A DNA stretch of 64,000 nt, from assembly GCA_963787835.1 (NCBI GenBank), contig CAWBEI010000002.1:736001-800000 (forward strand), given 5' to 3'. The stretch comes from Ignavibacteriota bacterium (GTDB lineage Bacteria > Bacteroidota > Ignavibacteria > Palsa-1295). The notes under the pieces are model-generated. The model saw nothing but the letters and a program-made list of their open reading frames with translations. It did not search any database and was not told where the DNA came from. The position numbers and the translations under genes were made by a program. Positions 60,401 through 64,000 of this stretch are shown in pieces (the stretch's first letter is position 1; the number at the start of each line of letters is the position of its first letter).

Positions 60401-60768
60401 CCCGGCGGCATCTGACTGATCGCCGTATTGCTCGATGCGGAGATCTGCGCTATTGCAGAGCCAATATCCGTGCCTTGCTGAAAATAGACTTTGAGGATGC
60501 CAACACCGGCTATCGACTGCGACTCTATTCGCGAAACGCCATTCACCGTCTCGGAAATTTGCCGCTCATTAATAAGCACAACCCGGCGCTCCATATCATC
60601 GGCGGAGAGACCCCGAAAATTCCATACTACGCCAACGACCGGAATATCTATCGCTGGGAATATATCAACCTGCATGCTCTCAAGGGCGATAAGGCCCATG
60701 ACAACCAGCAAAAAGCAGGTGACTGCAATGGTATATGGGCGCCGAAGCGCCATTTCAACTAACCACAT
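57433..60768 (-). CDS. RND efflux permease (AcrB/AcrD/AcrF family)
   Basis: [64 protein letters not shown]. Confidence 0.95.
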   Translation of the reverse strand: [1111 protein letters not shown]

Positions 60769-60863
60769 TGTGAGAACCTAAGAATGATTGACGGTAAAGA
60801 TTATTCGGTCTTTTGCTGAGAAGGTTACATTAATAATGACATTTCGGTTTCTGCTGGAATCTC

Positions 60864-60900
60864 AAAAAAAAGCGTGGCGCAAAATAATTGCGCCACGCTT
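60864..60900 (-). terminator. Rho-independent terminator of porin gene
   Basis: AAGCGTGGCGCAA-TTATT-TTGCGCCACGC followed by an 8-T tract. Confidence 0.85.
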
Positions 60901-60927
60901 GAGATTTCAATCTTTTCGATTATCCTC

Positions 60928-62142
60928 TTACGGGATCTTCGTGAAAAATGTAAGACGATACACCAGATCACCGGCACGAGTTGCAGCACCATTTTGTGCA
61001 TTGTAGGATGTCAACCAAACGTTCGGCTCGATGTGCAGATTGTTTTCTGGCTGATAATCAAGACCCGCCGTAGCAAAGCCTTCCTGATAATAAGCCTGGG
61101 TATATTTGGAATCGGGATTCCACATGTCATAGCGAGCGAAGTACCCAAGTGTGCTGCCAATGATCTTGCCACGAGCCCAAATGGAAAGACCGGTCGGATC
61201 CTGATCGTTGGCCGTTGCAGACTTGTTACCAGTCAAAACATAATTTTCCACTGCTGGCTGCATCACATATTCCAACCCGATTGAGCAGGGGTCGAATAGC
61301 GCTGCCGCAAAAAATTTCATGGTCATGTAGTGGGTAGAATCAGACTGGGGCATGTAATCGAAATAGGCTTCTGCTGCAAGATGATGATCGAGGAAAAAGC
61401 CATTCAGCGATGCATAATATTTTTTATACTTCGAGAAATCGGGTTTCTTGTTTGACCCGTCGCCGATCATCGCAGTGTACCCATAATCGCCGCTCTGATC
61501 GAACTTGCCACTCAACTGAATACCAAAATCGGTCGAGCTGCCAATACCGCGCATGTCCATGATCGTCTTTTCGATGGAGCGGTATGCCCAGAGATACTCA
61601 GTAAAGGGCACGAAGGTGGGTGGCGCCTGTTGACCGAAGGTTAACTTGGCGTAAGGAATCATATTCTTCCACTGCACATTCGCCATTTTCACATAAACGC
61701 CGTTCGTACCATCCGCATTGATCGGACCAGCATTGCCCGCCGCTAAGGCTGCGGTGGCATACTCCTCAGCAGGTTCATCTGCAAGCAAAACTTGCCCGGT
61801 AAAATTGCGGGTAAAATTATAATCATATCCAAAATATATTCGGCGGGCATTAAAAGCCTGATCCGTTTTGGGTGTGAGTTGATAATAACCCGGAGATACA
61901 GATTGACCTTTATATGGCTGTGTTACAGCATTGCTATCACCACTACCCTTGTAGTTGTAATCAGCAATAAGCTGGAAATTTACTTTGCCATTCGGGATAA
62001 ATGGCGTGGTGCTTGTGTCAACCGGCGATTGCGTGGCAGTCATCGACTTGATGAGTGTGGCGTTGTCCTGCGCACGTGAGGATGCGGCGAACCCAGCAAT
62101 AAAAAGTAGCGAAAAAGCGGAAAGGAGAATGAGTTTTTTCAT
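60928..62142 (-). CDS. Outer-membrane porin, phosphate-selective (OprO/OprP-like)
   Basis: Signal peptide, FNARRIYFG, YRSIEKT, DFGIQLSG, FARYD; located in the pst locus. Confidence 0.7.
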   Translation of the reverse strand: MKKLILLSAFSLLFIAGFAASSRAQDNATLIKSMTATQSPVDTSTTPFIPNGKVNFQLIADYNYKGSGDSNAVTQPYKGQSVSPGYYQLTPKTDQAFNARRIYFGYDYNFTRNFTGQVLLADEPAEEYATAALAAGNAGPINADGTNGVYVKMANVQWKNMIPYAKLTFGQQAPPTFVPFTEYLWAYRSIEKTIMDMRGIGSSTDFGIQLSGKFDQSGDYGYTAMIGDGSNKKPDFSKYKKYYASLNGFFLDHHLAAEAYFDYMPQSDSTHYMTMKFFAAALFDPCSIGLEYVMQPAVENYVLTGNKSATANDQDPTGLSIWARGKIIGSTLGYFARYDMWNPDSKYTQAYYQEGFATAGLDYQPENNLHIEPNVWLTSYNAQNGAATRAGDLVYRLTFFTKIP

Positions 62143-62261
62143 TGTAAATTAGTAAGAATGAGCGAATTTACGGCTTTAGATTAAGAAATCATTTATTCGG
62201 GATCACCAAATCGCAGCCACATGCATAATCTGTTACGCGACACAAAAATACACGTTTTAAT

Positions 62262-62299
62262 GTTATCAAATCGTTACGCCTTGGTTATCAGTAAGATAA
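62262..62299 (-). promoter_or_regulatory. Putative Pho box (11-bp-spaced direct repeats)
   Basis: GTTAT/GTTAC/GTTAT at 62262, 62273 and 62284, plus GATAA at 62295, upstream of the porin. Confidence 0.55.
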
Positions 62300-62322
62300 T
62301 CTTCCGTTCGAAAACAGCAGTT

Positions 62323-63207
62323 TTATCCTAATTTCTGACCCTTTAGCGAGAAGCGCGCCGCAAGCGAAAGCACGAGTATGATCGCTAATAAAATAATGGC
62401 TCCAGCGAAGGCAAGATGGTGCAGATTATCGTAGGGTGATGTTGCGTAGTTATAAATATTAAGCGGGAGCGCATCGATGGGCCGGTCGAGCCGGGCATTG
62501 AAATCCAGATTGCCAAAGGCAGTGAAAAGCAGCGGCGCCGTCTCCCCGGAAATTCTCGCGAGCGCAAGCAGGATCCCAGTAACCACGCCGCTTCGGGCAG
62601 CAGGAAGGATCACACTCCAGGTGGTTCGCCATCTGCGAGCGCCCAGCGCAAGCGAGGCATCGCGTAATGCCGTCGGGACGAGCCGCAGGATCTCCTCGGT
62701 GGTTCTCATGACCGTTGGGATCATCAAAAATCCGAGAGCAACGCCACCAGCGAATGCAGAGAACGCATGGCCCGGATTCAATTCTGCCACGGGAAGTACC
62801 ACAATAAGATAGGCGAAAATTCCCATGACAATGCTCGGGATCGAGTTCATGACATCGGTGAAGAACCGGAGCGTGCGTGAAAAGGTGGTATCCGTCTCCA
62901 ATTGATAGACGCCCCCTAAGATTCCGATCGGAAGCCCGATGGCACAGCCAACGGCCATTAAAATAAGCGTTCCTACAATTCCGTTGAGCAATCCGCCGCC
63001 AAGCTGCCCCTGAGGCACGGGGCCCTTGGTAAACACATCCAGATTGATGGAGCCAATGCCCTCGATCAAGATATAAAGCAGAACGGCCAATAACGCAATA
63101 ATGCAAATGATCGCAGCCGCAAGGGCCACGCCGCCCATGACCGCGCTAAGCGACCTTCGATAGCGCGATTTTCCTGTCGGACGGCCAAGTGTTGAAGTTT
63201 CGCTCAT
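62323..63207 (-). CDS. pstA: Phosphate ABC transporter permease PstA
   Basis: GGGLLNGIVGT, SIPSIVMG, RTTEE, ASLALGA, ARISGETAPLLFT. Confidence 0.96.
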   Translation of the reverse strand: MSETSTLGRPTGKSRYRRSLSAVMGGVALAAAIICIIALLAVLLYILIEGIGSINLDVFTKGPVPQGQLGGGLLNGIVGTLILMAVGCAIGLPIGILGGVYQLETDTTFSRTLRFFTDVMNSIPSIVMGIFAYLIVVLPVAELNPGHAFSAFAGGVALGFLMIPTVMRTTEEILRLVPTALRDASLALGARRWRTTWSVILPAARSGVVTGILLALARISGETAPLLFTAFGNLDFNARLDRPIDALPLNIYNYATSPYDNLHHLAFAGAIILLAIILVLSLAARFSLKGQKLG

Positions 63208-64000
63208 TTATTTATGCTTGCGATTCGTAGTCGCATTAATGTCCTGCGCGGTATAAAAGATAAGCAGCTTCGCGCCTGCATTCACTACGAGCGTGATTAG
63301 GAACAGGCACAAGCCGATCTCGATGAGTGCAGAACGGTACAAGCCCGACGCCTCCGCCAATTCGTTAGCAATGACACTGGCAAGGGTATAGCCGGAATTA
63401 AAAAGATTAAGCTTGAAGACCGGGGCATTGCCGATGACCATCGTAACGGCCATCGTTTCACCAAGCGCACGGCCAAAGCCAAGCATCACGGCACCAATAA
63501 TACCCGCGCGTGAATACGGAAGCACCACACCTTTGATCGTTTCCCATTGTGTTGCGCCAAGCGCATACGAAGCTTCGCGCACGGCTCTTGGGATCGCCTG
63601 CAAAATATCCCTCGAGACCGCCGTGATATAGGGAAGGATCATGATCGCAAGGATCACGGACGCCGAAAGCATGTCGTACCCATTCGGCGAATCGCCAAAG
63701 ATAGGAACACCCGCTAAGGGCCCTTTGCTGATGGGGCCCTCGACATACTTTACCAGTAAGGGCTGCAAAATGAAAAGACCCCAGAGACCATAGACAACGC
63801 TCGGAATAGCCGCGAGCAATTCCACCATGAAGGACATCGGCTTCTCGAGCCAGCTCGGGGCCATCTCCGAGAGGAACACCGCAGTAAAGATGCTGATCGG
63901 AAGCGCAATCACGAGCGCCCACATGGAAGAATAAAGGGTTCCGAGAATAAAGGGGAGCGCCCCGAAAAGGTTGTGACCCGGATCCCAGTTGCTATCTGCA
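63208..64000 (-). CDS. pstC: Phosphate ABC transporter permease PstC (5'-truncated)
   Basis: WDP..NLFGALPFILGTL, ELLAAIPSVVYGLWG, GRALGETMAVTMVIGN. Confidence 0.96.
   Translation of the reverse strand, partial: ADSNWDPGHNLFGALPFILGTLYSSMWALVIALPISIFTAVFLSEMAPSWLEKPMSFMVELLAAIPSVVYGLWGLFILQPLLVKYVEGPISKGPLAGVPIFGDSPNGYDMLSASVILAIMILPYITAVSRDILQAIPRAVREASYALGATQWETIKGVVLPYSRAGIIGAVMLGFGRALGETMAVTMVIGNAPVFKLNLFNSGYTLASVIANELAEASGLYRSALIEIGLCLFLITLVVNAGAKLLIFYTAQDINATTNRKHK

Overview
Gene-dense bacterial chromosome segment, most likely Bacteroidota/Chlorobiota-type (Kapabacteria/Ignavibacteria-like). This is an inference from T9SS C-terminal domains, a PorZ-like protein and TAnnTTTG promoter motifs. 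Left to right it holds: the 3' end of ribH, porZ-like, an FmdB zinc-ribbon gene, a secreted-protein island (GH16-like protein with a large insert, T9SS propeller, tail-fibre-chaperone-like protein, XRE regulator), msrA, an ECF sigma/anti-sigma-beta-barrel/lipoprotein operon, an aminotransferase, and two tandem M1 aminopeptidase-Omp85-like barrel fusions (the first interrupted by an in-frame TGA inside a REP dyad). A ~26 kb cluster follows with 12 GT-C-fold membrane glycosyltransferases, two GtrB/ArnC-like GT2s (one fused to a WecD-like GNAT), an RmlB-like SDR, a methyltransferase, TerC and a pseudo-rhomboid. The right end has lipoproteins and T9SS cargo (including a trypsin-like protease next to a stand-alone copy of its own N-terminal domain) and a phosphate locus (pstC-pstA-porin-RND-MFP-pstS). 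Top leads: the 12-GT-C glycosylation array, a ~250-nt non-coding element present in two diverged copies, the M1-Omp85 fusions, and several REP/short-repeat families inserted in frame into proteins. Several single-base frameshifts suggest assembly indel errors, so the gene disruptions need read-level checking. No rRNA, tRNA, CRISPR array or transposase was seen.
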